Assembly (NCBI GenBank): GCA_045837725.1
Contig: JBEWZL010000081.1
Span: 1 to 64,000 of the forward strand
Origin: Vermamoeba vermiformis
Taxonomy: Eukaryota
Reading direction: 5' to 3'
DNA: 64,000 nucleotides
Made by a program: the position numbers and the translations under genes. Positions 36,149 to 49,474 of this stretch are shown piece by piece. The notes beneath the pieces are model-generated. The model saw nothing but the letters and a program-made list of their open reading frames with translations. It was not told the origin of the DNA and did no database searches. Position 1 is the stretch's first letter. Every line of letters begins with the position of its first letter.

Positions 36149-38796
36149 ATGAAACCAATAACGACAAATCTGCGAGTACTCGCGTTATTGGTTGGATTGA
36201 TTGCTGTTATTCACGTAAGTTAATTTTAATCCGGTAAACGAAATTGACTTGCTTCGCAGGCTGACCTAGTAATAAATATTGATGGCTTGGGCACTATTGA
36301 AGGCACGCAACGCGGAGAGCTCATCGAATATATCGGAATACCGTAAGTAATTTTGAGCCAACAGATCAGTTTCGGTTATGTCGTAAAAATAATTTCCAAA
36401 TTAACCGGATTATTTTTCTAATATTTTTAATAGATATGCTCAACCACCACTAGGTCCGTTACGCTTTAAAGCACCTCAACCGATCACTCCATTTTCCGAA
36501 AAATTTGTTGCAAATCGATCGGTTAGCTGCATCCAAGGTCCACCAGCTGCTTTTGTGCCCCAAAGCGAGGATTGCTTAGTATTAAATATATTTAAGCCTC
36601 TCAATGCGAAAGGAAAGCTACCAGTGCTATTCTACATTCACGGCGGTGCTTGGAAAGTTGGATCTGGCCTTGACCATTACATTAATGCCACGACATACGT
36701 TACTAAGGTAAAATATATAGTGTCTTTCCATATTTAATTATTAAACTTTATTCTAATTTAGGAAAATATTGTTTTTGTGTCGATCAACTACAGATTGGAC
36801 GTTTTGAGCTATCTTTCGCACAAAGCTCTAACGGAGGAAGACCCGAAAAATCCTACCAATTTTGGCTTGCTCGATCAACGTATGGCACTCGACTGGGTCT
36901 CCAAACACATCTCGTTTTTCAATGGCGATCCAGACCGCGTGACGGTGATGGGAAATTCAGCGGGAGCTGAAAGTATCATGGCTCACTTGCGTGCTTGGAA
37001 AGAATTCAAACCGAAATTTCATCAGGCTATCATTCAGAGCTCGTACGCGCTCGGCACAGTGCTGACCTTGGCTGAAGCTGAACGTGAAGGCATTGAAATG
37101 GTTGAACGATTGGGCTGCACGAGACCTTCCAAGTAAGGAAATTTATTCGATTTTTATTTGCTGTTTAAATTGAAGTCAGTCGTTTAACGCGAAAAAAGTT
37201 CGTGACACGTGTCAAATTAATCGCGTTACTGACACGTTGGAACGTTTGACACTTGGAGCTGGATTATTTTATTAACTTTTATTACAATAACAGCAAAGAA
37301 ATCATGGAGTGTTTGAGAAGCTTGCCCCCGGAAGAACTTACGCTCTTTTCACCGAACATCAGATATGCCTTTTTTGGCAGTGGATGGCAACACAACGGCA
37401 TTCATTTGACCGACGACGGTGTTAATTTTAAGGCCCACGACTTATTACTGAAGGTAAGTCGTTCAGTGAACCAAATTTTCAGTGAAAGAGTTTCGCTCTA
37501 ACAATCTTTGCGACTATTTTAGGACTTTGGTCTGGACATGCCAATAATCATCGGCACGACTGCAAATGAAGGCAACACGTTCAGTTTTTTGAATTTCATG
37601 CTGCAGGGTCAGACGGAAGAGCTGTACTTGGATTCATTGAACAAGCTCGCTGCTGCGTACGAGCAGTACTCACCGACCATTGCTAACTTGATTTTGACCA
37701 ATTACACCTCGACCAATCCTAAATTTAGTAAGTACCGCAAAATATATCCATTTTAGTTGAAAGAACCAAAGCCAATTTTACAATTTGTAATGTTTTTCCT
37801 TTTTTAGCTAATTTTATTTTCTACTACGGCTCGATGTAACGGATGATGAACTTCTTTTCTTTTTCATAATTAACGTTTTATTTCCTTTTTAGGTCAATCC
37901 CCCAATCCAGTACTATACGCCTACGGTGAACTGATCACGGACGGTACTTTTGAATGCGCCACACAAGCGGTCTTAAAGTCCTTGGCGCACCGACCAAATG
38001 TCTACGGCTATTTGTACAATTACACGGCCGTGCCACTGCTTCAAGCTAATCACGGCGGAGATAACAACTTTGCATTCGGGCCAGCGGACTATTCTGATTT
38101 GTTCCGCCGTTACTACATGACGGATGCGGACAAAGAATTCGCGACGAATTTTATGAAATATTTTGCTGCCTTTGTGAAGACTGGTAAGTTCTTAAAATAA
38201 CATAATAGTATATTATTCAGTCTTATACAACACATTTTATTATCTATTTATAATAATGGCTATTTTTATCTGTTCCATCTGGATCGCATCCAAAAATTTA
38301 AATTGGAAAAATCCAATTCGGGCGAAATTTCACTTATTGATAAGACGCTAATTATTATTCTTATTAAATAGGAGTGCCATCAGTCGCGGACAAGCCAACT
38401 TGGCCCGTGTACGGCAAAGAAGGCGCTGTATTCGTAATTAACAACGAGTTCAGCGTGGTACATAATTACAAAACAGAAATATGCAAGATATGGATCGATA
38501 ATATGCCGCAAGGGTTCAAACAAACAGGCGTCAATTATTTTAGCGACGAACCTTTCGTATCGAAGTTATTGAACGAGTACCTGTTCAGCCTCGTCATTTT
38601 CAGCTGGAGAAAACGTAGATTTGCTAAAGAAGCAGGAGCAGTATTATTATTGGTAGCAGTAACGTTCTGGTACAACGTCTTTCGTTGCTGTTGGCGCAGA
38701 TCTAACAAGAAAAATTCTGCGAAAATGTCTCCAAAGGCCAGTAGTGTTAGAGGAACTCCTAATACGAACAAATCGCGTAAAAAGAAGACTAATTAA
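36149..38796 (+). CDS. Type-B carboxylesterase/lipase, secreted with C-terminal membrane anchor (multi-exon)
   Basis: Signal peptide; GIPYAQPPLGPLRF; SEDCLVLNI; HGGAW; INYRL; NFGLLDQ; GNSAG nucleophile; TTANEG acid; NHGGD His; C-terminal hydrophobic helix with basic tail. Confidence 0.93.
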
Positions 38797-39017
38797 CTTA
38801 AAATAAACAAACGATCTTTCTTACTCAGAATTTCTTGCTTGTTTTTGTTTAGCAGATCCAGTACGTTATTACGGTTGTTTTTCTTTTCTTTGAAACGAGA
38901 ATGAAAAAGGGTGGCTGAGTCGCACAAAAGAAGCAGACGATGCTGCTTTTAAATCCTAATTTAGAAGGCTAACCACGATCTTTCAATAGCTATTGACGCT
39001 GTATTTTATTCTTATTC

Positions 39018-39802
39018 CTACAGAAGGCAACAGCGCAGGTTCTGAATAGCGGTCGAGTTGTTGCTCACTTTAATTTGTACTGGCCGAATGTCTGTTATTG
39101 ATGCTTCTATATCCATAGCTATTCGTTCAAAAGCTTCGTTAATATTTATATTTTCTTTGGCTCTAGTTTCAAAGTACGAAATTCCAAGCTGATCCGCTAA
39201 CTGTTTCGCTTCTGTGAATGAAACTTGTCTATTAGCCGCTAAATCTATTTTAGCAGCTATTAATATAATTTTAATAGGGCTTGTAGCACACGTAGAAAGA
39301 TTCTCGATGTCTTTGAGAAATCCAGGCACTTTGTTGAAACTGCCGCGGTTTGTAACGTCGAATATTATAAAAAATCCATGTGCTCCGCGATAATAAGATG
39401 TTGTAACTGTTTTGAACCTAAATCGTTTCGTCAAATTGGTTTTCGAAATCCGTAAATTTAATTTTAATTTACCTTTCATCACCAGAGGTGTCCCAAATTG
39501 TTAATTTAATTCTACTACTTGTATTTGAGGATATTATATATTTTACATCCTAAATAACTGAAGTAAGTATTTTTTTGTCTTGCATCTCGGATCAAGCTTA
39601 CAAAATCGATGCCTATAGTGTTTCGGTACTCATCTCTGACCATGTCCTTGGTATATCTCGTCATAAAGCTACTTTTTCCGGCACAAAGTGAACCAACAAG
39701 TACTATCTAACAGAAATTCCAATTAGCCACATCCGCTCGTGTGTTACTCTTAAGCGCTTAAGGTCTTACGTTGAATAGGCGATCTATCCTGTTGTTGTCC
39801 AT
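39018..39802 (-). CDS. Divergent Rab-family small GTPase (4 exons)
   Basis: GSLCAGKS, TIGIDF, IWDTSGDERF, YYRGAHG, AAKIDL, ETRAK; C-terminal CCLL prenylation motif. Confidence 0.9.
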
Positions 39803-40150
39803 GGCGATTGTGTTAGTTAACGTAAACTACATGAATTTTTATTTGAAAGTGCGAATAAAAAAGAGACCGTTAGAACACTTGACATTGACACTTTGACACG
39901 TGCATGCAAGATTGTGGAATAATACTATTATACTTAGTACTAAAAAAGGAATTTAATCGTAATGACGATTGGAATGTTGGATTATAAGAAACTGTTGCGC
40001 ACTCTCCTTAACTTCAAACTTTTTCAATTCGGTTACATAGTATTGGCTTAAAATTCCATTTTACTTGCTACTACTTACAAACAAATCGATCGTACATATG
40101 ATTTTATGATAATCAACGTTTTGGTACCTTATGTAGATCCAGATCCAGAC

Positions 40151-43100
40151 TTAATCGTACAAATGAGCTTGTTCACTGCCAGGCTTATGCACCAAGAAAT
40201 CATCGTTCATCATCATCTCATAAGTCATGCGCGCATTTTCTTTGATGCGTTTGAATCGTTCAGCCAACATTCCTTGCAATTCCCACTTGGGTTGCAGATT
40301 CGGATCCGAAAAATCAATGTACTGAGCCTTAAAGTGATCGTTATCGTGGACCACTACTTCACCATGGTTCTTATAGTAAATAGGTGTTTCGACTTCCTCT
40401 TCGATCGGAGTTGGCTCCGTTGACACTCCAAAAATTTCAGCGAAATTCCCGCCACCGCCAACAGATCTCATGAGCTCAGCGAAGCGCTATAACAACGCAT
40501 TAGTATAAGGTATGTCGTATTAATAAATATTACCGACCTCGTCCTTATGTGTCTCGCACAACATCTCTTGCGCGAATTGTTTGCAGACGACGCACTTGTT
40601 GTTGTCAAGACTGTCCTTCAACGCGCGGTGCAAACGCAATGGCGGCAGTTTGCCTGCCTTTCTGAACACATTTCTAACGACAAAAGTACATTAATATAAC
40701 CACCATGATATATATTATTTTGCGGCATCATTTCAGGACAATCACAAACTAAAATTAGTTAAATTTTCACTTTTGGCCAGTTTCAACCGATCATAATTTT
40801 TGTGTAATTTGTCAACGTACCTGATGCACACGACATAATCAAGCTTGGTATTCTCTTCGCGGAATCGTTTGAACCAGTTAGGATCGGTCTGGTGAGGCTG
40901 GCTGCTGTAATTCATGTACGAGTTGCCAGGCACCATGGGTGGCTTAACCGATTCGTTGTACGAGTGAAAGTGCCTGTCAAAACAATCCTTCATGAATACC
41001 AAGTCTTTGCAAATATTTTTCCATCCCATAAATGGCAAGGTTTTTGGTATAAAATAGTCTTCACTTACACGGGGTGGGTGGTGCGGACATTGCCGTAACT
41101 GAAGATCACGTTGTCGTGGTAATGCGTGTTGCGCTTGTCAGCAATGGCTGAAGGCACGCGCTCGTACTGCAAATTGAACGAATTTCTGCCACCAGAGTTG
41201 TAGTTCGTGTAACTAAGTCAGGCGGTTAGTCTCGCGACTATTACCATAAAAGGAAATAAACAGAACGTACATAGAAGCAATCAAAGGCATAGTTCCCATA
41301 CTGCGATAGAAGCGCATGTCTAATTTCTGTTCCAATCTGTAACAGCCACTCGGCACAGTGTCGTGACCGGTGAATTCTTCGCCAGTCTGCACATTGATCA
41401 GCTTGCCATCGCTCATCTCGAACATCTTCAGAATAGAGTCCTGCAAACAGAATTGATCAGAAATTGTCCACTAGCCCGTGAAAAAATTGCGAGTGACACG
41501 TGTCACAAAGTGTCAAACACAGCTCTGTGTCTATTGCACCAATAGTAACAAACACTCGTGAAATTCGTCCCTATGACACGTGTCAAAAAAGAGTAGTGCT
41601 ACTTACGCGAGTCGGCGAATTGAGTTCTTTCGTTTGACAGACACTGCCTTCCGAGCGCTGCATTACAATGACACCATTAGGGTTCTAAAAATAGCATCGA
41701 TGAGAATAGTTGCAAAGACAAGGAGCATTCGTTGGTATACTTACCGATGGAAGAATATACTTCGGGGCTTCGTAAGGTTCGCTCGAATCGTCCCACTTGC
41801 GCATAGGAATAATGTGCACGGTGGGTTTGGGCAATGAATTGACGTCAATGCCGTCATCGACCCAGGCAGGCATCGGCTTCTTAGGCGTCTCCGCAATGAT
41901 TCTTTGCATCGCTGCACGTCGTTCTTGTTCCATTTGCACATCATGCTCGAACTCTTGTTGTCTTCTTTGCTCTTCCCAATTCACTGCCGGGTTTTTCTTG
42001 GATTGCTCGATGATTCGTTGAATTTCTTGGGTTTTTTGACGCACGGCCTCTTGGTCACTTGGATCATTCTTGTTACTACCAAAAAAGGAAATTAGCACGA
42101 GATTGTCTTTAGACCAATTAGTAGCAAGTACGTACGCTGCAATGAACGAGAAAGGATGCACGGTAGAGAAGTAGTTGGGCGGGTAGATCGGGTACAACTT
42201 GATGCCTGTAGGTGCGTAGTACTCGGGCGTGGAGTACGTGGCATTGGGATCGAACGAGGGAAGGTTGGGTGGCTCGTAGCTGGCCTGACCTAATCGTAAA
42301 ATAATGAGCCCAATGAGCTGACATCATCTCCCCATTATTGATCCATGGCACTCGTGTCATGTAATACAAAACTGTGCAGGAACTTACTGTCGTACGAGCC
42401 CCACTGTTGCGTATCTCGCTCGCGTCGTTCACTTTGACGCCGTTGTTCTTCGGCCACTTCAGCGGCCCATCGTTTCTTGTCACGTTCCTGACGCTCTTCA
42501 ATGGCCTTGCGCCGCTCTTCAGGGGTCAGTGGCCGCAGAATGTTCGCATTGCCCGTGTTGTTCGTCGTGGGCGTGGGCTGGGGCTGATTGGCACGGAGTT
42601 GTGCTTGTTGCAACTTTTTTTCTTCTTGTTCCCGTCTTAATTCTGCCTCTCGCATAGCTTGCTGATAACGCTGTTCTTCTACCTCGCGGCGACGTTGTTC
42701 GAGTGCCTGTTGCATGGCGAGTTCATGGGCCCTCGCTTCTTCTCGCCGTCGGATTTCTTCGGCACGCATCTCAGCTTCAATTCTTTGCAACTCTTTTTCT
42801 TCCGCTAGCAGTCTTAGTTCCTCCTCTTTCATAGCCCGTTCCATCTCTCGACGCAGCTCTTCTTCCTGCCTGCGTCTTTCTTCTTCAATAGGATCCACTA
42901 AAGATTGTAATGTGAGATCGATTACGTGTAAAATATAATTACATATTATTAAGCGGGCGTTAAAAAGAAGCAAACAGCTTTTTTGTAACATTGCCAGATT
43001 TAGGGTTTCGATTTGGTTTTCGATCATTTAACTGCTCTTAAGTGCAAAATTAATTTAATATACGTATTAATTGCGTTAATATAGTTAATACCGCGATTTT

Positions 43101-43438
43101 AGATGATTTAACGGAAAAGGAATTTCAAAATAAAATCTTTACCTGTGTTTGCAGAGTTACCGACTCTAAATGCAGGCGGAATAGGAGCTATAATATTCAA
43201 TAATTAATACCCATATCTCGGTCAATTTAATTAAATTAATTTTGAATTTTGAATTTTTTAAGTCTTCGGTAATTACCGTTGCCCAAGATCTCTTTGATAC
43301 GACGTTCATACTCCTCGTCATGAATAAATCCCATATCTAAAAGGTCCTTGACCTTTTGCAATTCCGCTTCTACGGTTCAATGTGAGTAAAGTTACGAGAT
43401 TCACGATCGGTTAGTAATTGAAAATTACCTTGCGACAT
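40151..43438 (-). CDS. Uncharacterised protein with N-terminal SHOCT-like motif, E/R/Q-rich coiled coil and C-terminal globular region with Cys/His cluster (multi-exon)
   Basis: MSQEAELQKVKDLLDMGFIHDEEYERRIKEIL (SHOCT-like); coiled-coil exon ~42390-42895; CVVC...CETH near the end. The 3' end is uncertain. Confidence 0.6.
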
Positions 43439-43644
43439 CGTGATAGGTTAATATTATCGTTGTCACTAATAGAGCGTAAATTGAATGATGGAAGCTGTGT
43501 CTGTTAGATCCAAAATTAGACGTTCTGCCTATTTTCTGGTTCACGTTCACCTAACTACGCAGAAATTCAACAAATATTGCGATCGCGTTCAAACGGTCGG
43601 TTTAATTATACAAATATACGAACAATTAACATCAACTATTCATT

Positions 43645-46586
43645 TCACTTCTTCTTGAACAGCTTCTTGTTCTTTTGAGCGTTCTTAAAGTTGTAGATGG
43701 AGCGAGCAGCTTCATCGTTTCGTTCCTGTACGCATCGATTAGTATTGATGTAAATCTTAACCATGCACTGAACATACCTCAGCGTACTCGGCCTCCTTCT
43801 TCTCAGTTGAGGGTTTGTACATGGGAGAAGCAGATGCTTGGTACATCTGCTCGTTGAAACCTCTGCTTCCAGCGGTGAAAGTATGCAAGACCTAATTATT
43901 ATGAGCATTAACACAACGCTCCTCTATAGGAAATACTATGACGTACTTGTTTGCGCTCTTCGTTGTTGGCGTTACGAACGAGCATGTTTTGGGCACGCCA
44001 GTTGTTGAACATAGCTCCTTGATAGTCACCTATTATAGGACCAATTAGTATTATAGATCAATAGTAGATGTCGGCTATTATCAATATCATACCCTTTTGG
44101 GCAAGCTTGGCTGATTGTTGGTACACGTGAGCGCCCATAACACCTGCGTCGACAGACTCTTCAGCCTTGGCTCTGTCGGTCGTAATTTTCTTCGACTTGG
44201 TGATGACACGCACGCACTTGGTGCCGTTCAAACGAGTATAGGTGATCTATACATATCGTTAGTACAGGTTCACGTTAAAGGTCAGATCTAGTCTCTAAAC
44301 GTACCTGTACTTGGAACGGCAATTGAGCGCTAACTTCCTTATCGTTATTGTTATTGTCTTGGTTGCTGTTATTATTAGACTCGGGCTGGCCCAACAACTT
44401 GATCAGTTCTTCGCGAGATCTGACGGCAAACTCGAACGTGACTTCGCTGTCTTCATAAACGTTACCGACAGTCTTAGTAACGCTGTTGTTAGTCTCGTCT
44501 TTCTCTTTGACGGACTTCTTCTCGTCAGCAAGCACGACAAGAGACTCGTCGTCCACGTGGTTCAAGCCCTTGTGCAAGAGCAACTTGACGGAGACCTTTG
44601 TGGCCACCAACTTGGACTCCAAAATCGTGGCAAATTGGTCCTTAATGTTGAGAGGATCGACAATCTCGACATTACCCTCGCTAATATGGCTCGTTAGTTT
44701 TCTCTCATAATCTCTAAGTGGACTACTTACGTGAGATCCGCGAGTTTTCCGATGGCTTCCAAACTAACTTCTTCACCGCGAATGCTAATCACGTTGACGC
44801 TGACGTTGTTTTGTTTGGCAAAGTGACCCAACTCAGCGTAGAACTGCGCAGCCTTAGCCTTGCCTTCACTGTTAAGTGCGTCCAACGAGCCAATACCAGT
44901 GTTGCTCAGACCGTCAGTGGCAATAACCAACTTGACACCAGCGCCGGGCTTGCCCAAAGCCATACCAAGACTGGCCTGAAAACACATCCATGTCAGAAAA
45001 AAATTGCCTCGTAAATGAAGGTTTAAAACTTACCACTACAGCGGGACCTAAGGCGGTAGAACCCGTTTCTTCGAGCTCATAGAGCTTCTTCGACAGCACG
45101 TCCTTGCTTTCCTTGATGCAGTTGGCAATCTTGAAGGTTTTGCCGAGTTCCAAAATTGCATCGTAGTTGTAAAGCTTGTCGCCAGCAATAACAAGAGGCT
45201 CTTGAGTACCATCACCCAATAACTTGACTTCGTTATTGAAGCAAACTACGCGTTTAATTCGTCAGTACGTGCTCGTCTAAAATTTCTTCGGAAACATTTT
45301 GCGAAGGAATTTCGGCCAGAATCTTTTAAGGCGTGTAACGGGACTTACCTAAGCCGACCTTAGCCTTAGGATGCTCTTTAGCGAGGAGTTCGAGTTGTTG
45401 GTCAATAGCTGCTTGAACGCACTGCAATCGCGAAACGTAAGTCACATCTCGTCTTTGACCAGGCATGTATCTATTTAAAATTGATTAGTTAGCATGACTT
45501 AAATAAAAAGGAATAATATGTAGCTTACTGATCCATATTTTCATTATTCAAGTGGCGATAAGACTGAGTTTTGTCTCCCTTCAATTTCAAGCTGCCAGTA
45601 ATTTCAGTAGTCACGCACATAGAACCGCTAATATCAATGCAGAAAATAATAGACTCTTCTCTATCATCTGCATCGACCTCTTTAGCAGGCTCTAAGATGT
45701 AATCTGTCGTATCCACCTTAGGGATCTAAAACAAATGGTCAGACAAAATCTAATTTAGCATATGAACTAATATTCGCATGATTATAGTACATACCTCTTC
45801 TTCCTCCAAATTAATTTGATTTTTAGCGTTACAGAACTCGCAGTTCCAAACTCCATCTACGATTTTGCTAAAGAAAAGGTTATTATTTCAAATTACACGC
45901 AGGATTCATATCTTAAAATCGTACCTGAAGTTGCTGAAAGCTGATTTGCAGTCGCTGCAGAATACAGGATCACCAGTCATCAATTGACCGTCTTTTTCTA
46001 ACGATCCCAAACTAAAAATTGCTTGTTAGATAAGCAGCTTCAAGAGCGCCAGTTATTGTAACACTTACTCGACTGAAATAACGTTTGTATTGACCTTCTT
46101 AACGCGGGCTTTAGTCTATAAGTGAATCCATTAACGAAAGTTCGAGCAAACGTGTTGATCTCGCAAAGGCAAACAAATTTAAATCGGCTGTAAATATGAT
46201 ACGTACAGGCATAAGGGGCATTGGTGGGGCATAAGGCTTAGGTGGTGGCGGTGGAGCAACAATACTGGATGCAACTGCGGCCACGCGTTTCATTGAAGGA
46301 GCAGCGTTAACTTGTTGCTGCGGGGCTTGAGGAGGTGGAGGAGGCATATCCATCGCAACGTCATTGGTCATAAGCAAGGCATCGGTGGTTTGCTCGACTT
46401 TCTGATTTTTTCAATTTTAGAATTCGTAAAGACCAGATCAAGATTCGAAAATATCGCTCAATAAGCATGATTACGAAGATAATCGCATAAGCGGATTAAT
46501 TAGATTTTTTAGCGAATATTTACCGTGACATCAAGCTCTTCATAGTCATCTTCCTCAGCTAAAACGTAATCTGAAGCAAATTCCAT
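43645..46586 (-). CDS. Sec23/24-type Zn finger plus vWA domain protein (CPRAS1-like family without a Ras domain)
   Basis: Start MEFASDYV; TGDPVFCSDCKS...WNCEFC; IIFCIDISGSM (MIDAS); SRLQCVQAAI; GSTALGPA; ATDGLSN. Confidence 0.8.
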
Positions 46587-47188
46587 TGTATTTTGTTTGA
46601 ATAGATTATATACGATGTGTTGCGTGTTATTATGTAGTTGTAATAAATAAGACTGACGTTGGTTCTCGAGCCAGTTTTCACCACGCTGTCCCAGGGCTTC
46701 AGATTCGTGTTTTTTTGGGCACGACAGTTCTTCAGAGAATTGATTTACCTACATACGTGTTGAACACGTTATCAACGTGAACAACAATACTTATATGGAT
46801 ATAAATGGCACAAACAGGCCGTAGATGCAGCGGTAAGGGAAATTTTACATTGGTGCTTCCTGATCTCTTTTTGTTGCTGATTTAGTTAGAGATATTTAGT
46901 TCAATTATAATTTTATGTAATCGATATTACCCTAATATCCAATTTACTTTCTCGCATTAGATGGAAACTTTATTTTGAATAATTTTCTTTAAATGCTACT
47001 TGCCCATATCTTGAATATTAAGATAGTATTTGATTGACGTTAATAATTATTAATATTAATTTTAGAATGTTCGAAGCAGGCGCAACGGATCTTTCATTGA
47101 TTATTCAAAGCAAAAGAAAACTGAGCAAAATTAAAGGCGCGACATTTGTTTACATAATATCACGTTAGACCACCATAACTGGTGCAAT

Positions 47189-49279
47189 ATGGAGAATAAG
47201 CGCTCGCCATTGTTAGCTGAATTTGAGAAACACACAAAAGGCATCGGATCGAAGCTGCTAACAAAATGGGGTTACAATAAAGGAACTCCGCTTGGCAAAC
47301 GAGGCAAAGGCATAGTTGCACCTATTGAAGTCGAAGAGAAGCACGATAGATATGGCCTGGCCGCACGAGAACGATTCAGCGTAATGCATCCGCAAAGACT
47401 TCGCCAGATTGAACGAGATCAACGCGTGCATCAAGAATTTATTAGCAATAGAACGGGAGAAGAATATTTGCCGCAAAGACAACTCGATGCACGAAGATTT
47501 GATTTAAATCAAGAGCCACTAAGTTTTTCAGATCCGGATGAAGACGAAGATTCAGTCGAGGAAGTTCAAATCAACGAAATTAGGCCTATAGATGTTATGA
47601 ACATCGATGACGAAGACTACAGTGTTCGATTACCGTCTCTAAAGCCTGTCCAGAAGATAGCTTTCATCACTCAAGGGGATTTAAAACTGATCGAAGAATA
47701 CAAAACGAAGATTTTAGCTTTAATCAAATCAGAAGAAGAAGAATTTCATGCAAAAAATGAAATTAAGCATAGTCGAGTGCCAGAGGAGTTTTCTCGTCAA
47801 GATTCACCTTCAAGAAGTACATCTCCTAAGCACGTGGATGTGATCGACTTAGAAATGGATGAGAAGTCTCTTCAAGAAGTAACAATACTAGAAAATGACG
47901 AGGAAGATCGAAGTAAAGAAAATATGAAGTATGATAGACGCGATTTGAAGCGACAAATTGACAAGTTGCTCGATCGAGAGCCCGATCCAGAAGATTCAAC
48001 TTCGGTGTTTTCAATTATAGAACAGTTCACTATGAAGATGCAAAGGCTTATTAAGCAATATAATCTCGATGACTTCGAGTATATAGCTGAAAGTTTTCAA
48101 CGGCTACAAGAGCTGACTGGATCGAGCTACATCCAGATGCGAATGAATTTGTTGGCTTTTATATACTGCTATCCTATCATCAAGCAACGCGTGGTCGAGT
48201 GGGACTTTGGATTAGGCGATTTGCAAAAAGAATACAATGAATTCAAGGCGACTATAGAAGACATCGAATTTCATTTGGCCGATCTGAAAAATTCTATGGA
48301 GAAAGACGTGGATCTCAATAGAAAAAATGAACTGAAGCAAGTATATGAAGGATTCATACGAAGGCGTGAAGAAATCGAAGAAGACTACGAAATTAAGTCG
48401 CAACAAGCCTACCAAGAATTACGCGAGCAGATCTTGAATTATTGCGAAGAATTTTCGGAGTGGAAGAAGTTCTTGAAGACGCAAGTGGACTTTACTACGC
48501 ATCCTATATGGAGCAAGATAGTCTACGGCCTTATTATCAACAAGATCAAAATCTTCGTTAAAGACCTTTGGATGCCGCAACTAGATTCGCCTTCAAACAA
48601 CATCTGCTTGCTAGTCATCGAGCTATTTCAAGAAGTACTGCCATTAGAAGACCTTAATATCAGTATAATAGTCCCAAAGCTCCTACGCGTTGTTGCTAAA
48701 TGGGATCCGCATACTGATCAAACTCCGATCGTTCAATTTTTGGAGTCTTGGTTCGACATCTTGGGCCAAAATCTCTCCGAGAATATTATGGTAGCCCTGT
48801 ATAAGAAGATAAGCCCTATTCTTATGGACGAATGGCAAGTCAACGATCCATCTGCTCGCGTCATTTTGAAAACTTTTCAACGCGCGTGTCCTGCGCTGTT
48901 GATGAGATTTCTTCGAAATTGCATTATTCCTAAATTAGAAGTGGCACTATTTGAGTTCGAGATCACGCCGGAAAACCAAGATCTCGATCTCTTCTGGCAA
49001 GTCATTTCTTGGCGGGATCTGCTTTCACCGACGCAAATGGAAGATCTATTGATAGACTTCTTCTTTCCTAAATGGATTAACGTGCTCCAAATATGGTTAG
49101 AAGACGGATCTATTGAAAACAAAGCCTACGAAGAAATCTCGCACTGGTACTCTGGCTGGAAGAACATATTTGTCGCTACGGAGTTAATTGAACTGCCACA
49201 AGTCCTCGCGCAATTTAACAGCGCATTGCACTTGATGAACATTGCATTAGCAACGCGATTAAATGTAAATAACTTGTAA
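47189..49279 (+). CDS. TFIP11: G-patch plus GCFC/NTR1 domain protein, TFIP11/Ntr1-like, intronless
   Basis: FEKHTKGIGSKLLTKWGYNKGTPLGKRGKGIVAPI (G-patch); C-terminal W-rich repeats (IIVPKL, WDPHTD, FFPKWINVLQIWL, YEEISHWYSGWK). Orthology is not established. Confidence 0.8.
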   Translation: MENKRSPLLAEFEKHTKGIGSKLLTKWGYNKGTPLGKRGKGIVAPIEVEEKHDRYGLAARERFSVMHPQRLRQIERDQRVHQEFISNRTGEEYLPQRQLDARRFDLNQEPLSFSDPDEDEDSVEEVQINEIRPIDVMNIDDEDYSVRLPSLKPVQKIAFITQGDLKLIEEYKTKILALIKSEEEEFHAKNEIKHSRVPEEFSRQDSPSRSTSPKHVDVIDLEMDEKSLQEVTILENDEEDRSKENMKYDRRDLKRQIDKLLDREPDPEDSTSVFSIIEQFTMKMQRLIKQYNLDDFEYIAESFQRLQELTGSSYIQMRMNLLAFIYCYPIIKQRVVEWDFGLGDLQKEYNEFKATIEDIEFHLADLKNSMEKDVDLNRKNELKQVYEGFIRRREEIEEDYEIKSQQAYQELREQILNYCEEFSEWKKFLKTQVDFTTHPIWSKIVYGLIINKIKIFVKDLWMPQLDSPSNNICLLVIELFQEVLPLEDLNISIIVPKLLRVVAKWDPHTDQTPIVQFLESWFDILGQNLSENIMVALYKKISPILMDEWQVNDPSARVILKTFQRACPALLMRFLRNCIIPKLEVALFEFEITPENQDLDLFWQVISWRDLLSPTQMEDLLIDFFFPKWINVLQIWLEDGSIENKAYEEISHWYSGWKNIFVATELIELPQVLAQFNSALHLMNIALATRLNVNNL

Positions 49280-49474
49280 AATAAAATTTCAGATGAATCA
49301 AAGCGGATCTGCCTTACTCATATCGTATGCTGTAAATATCAGGTGTATGAAGAGTCAACTGCACAACCACTGGCTTCTTATTCTATGGTAGCTTTAAATT
49401 TTGTGGATGTAAAAACCTTCTTCTAGAGCTTACTAACTTCAACAATTTATTTGAGTTCAAAGTCAAAAAATCAG

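Noticed and set aside
46640..46870. Possible ncRNA or tRNA in the divergent intergenic region (also 55975-56110)
   Set aside because: No cloverleaf, paired A/B boxes, Sm site or snoRNA boxes could be supported.
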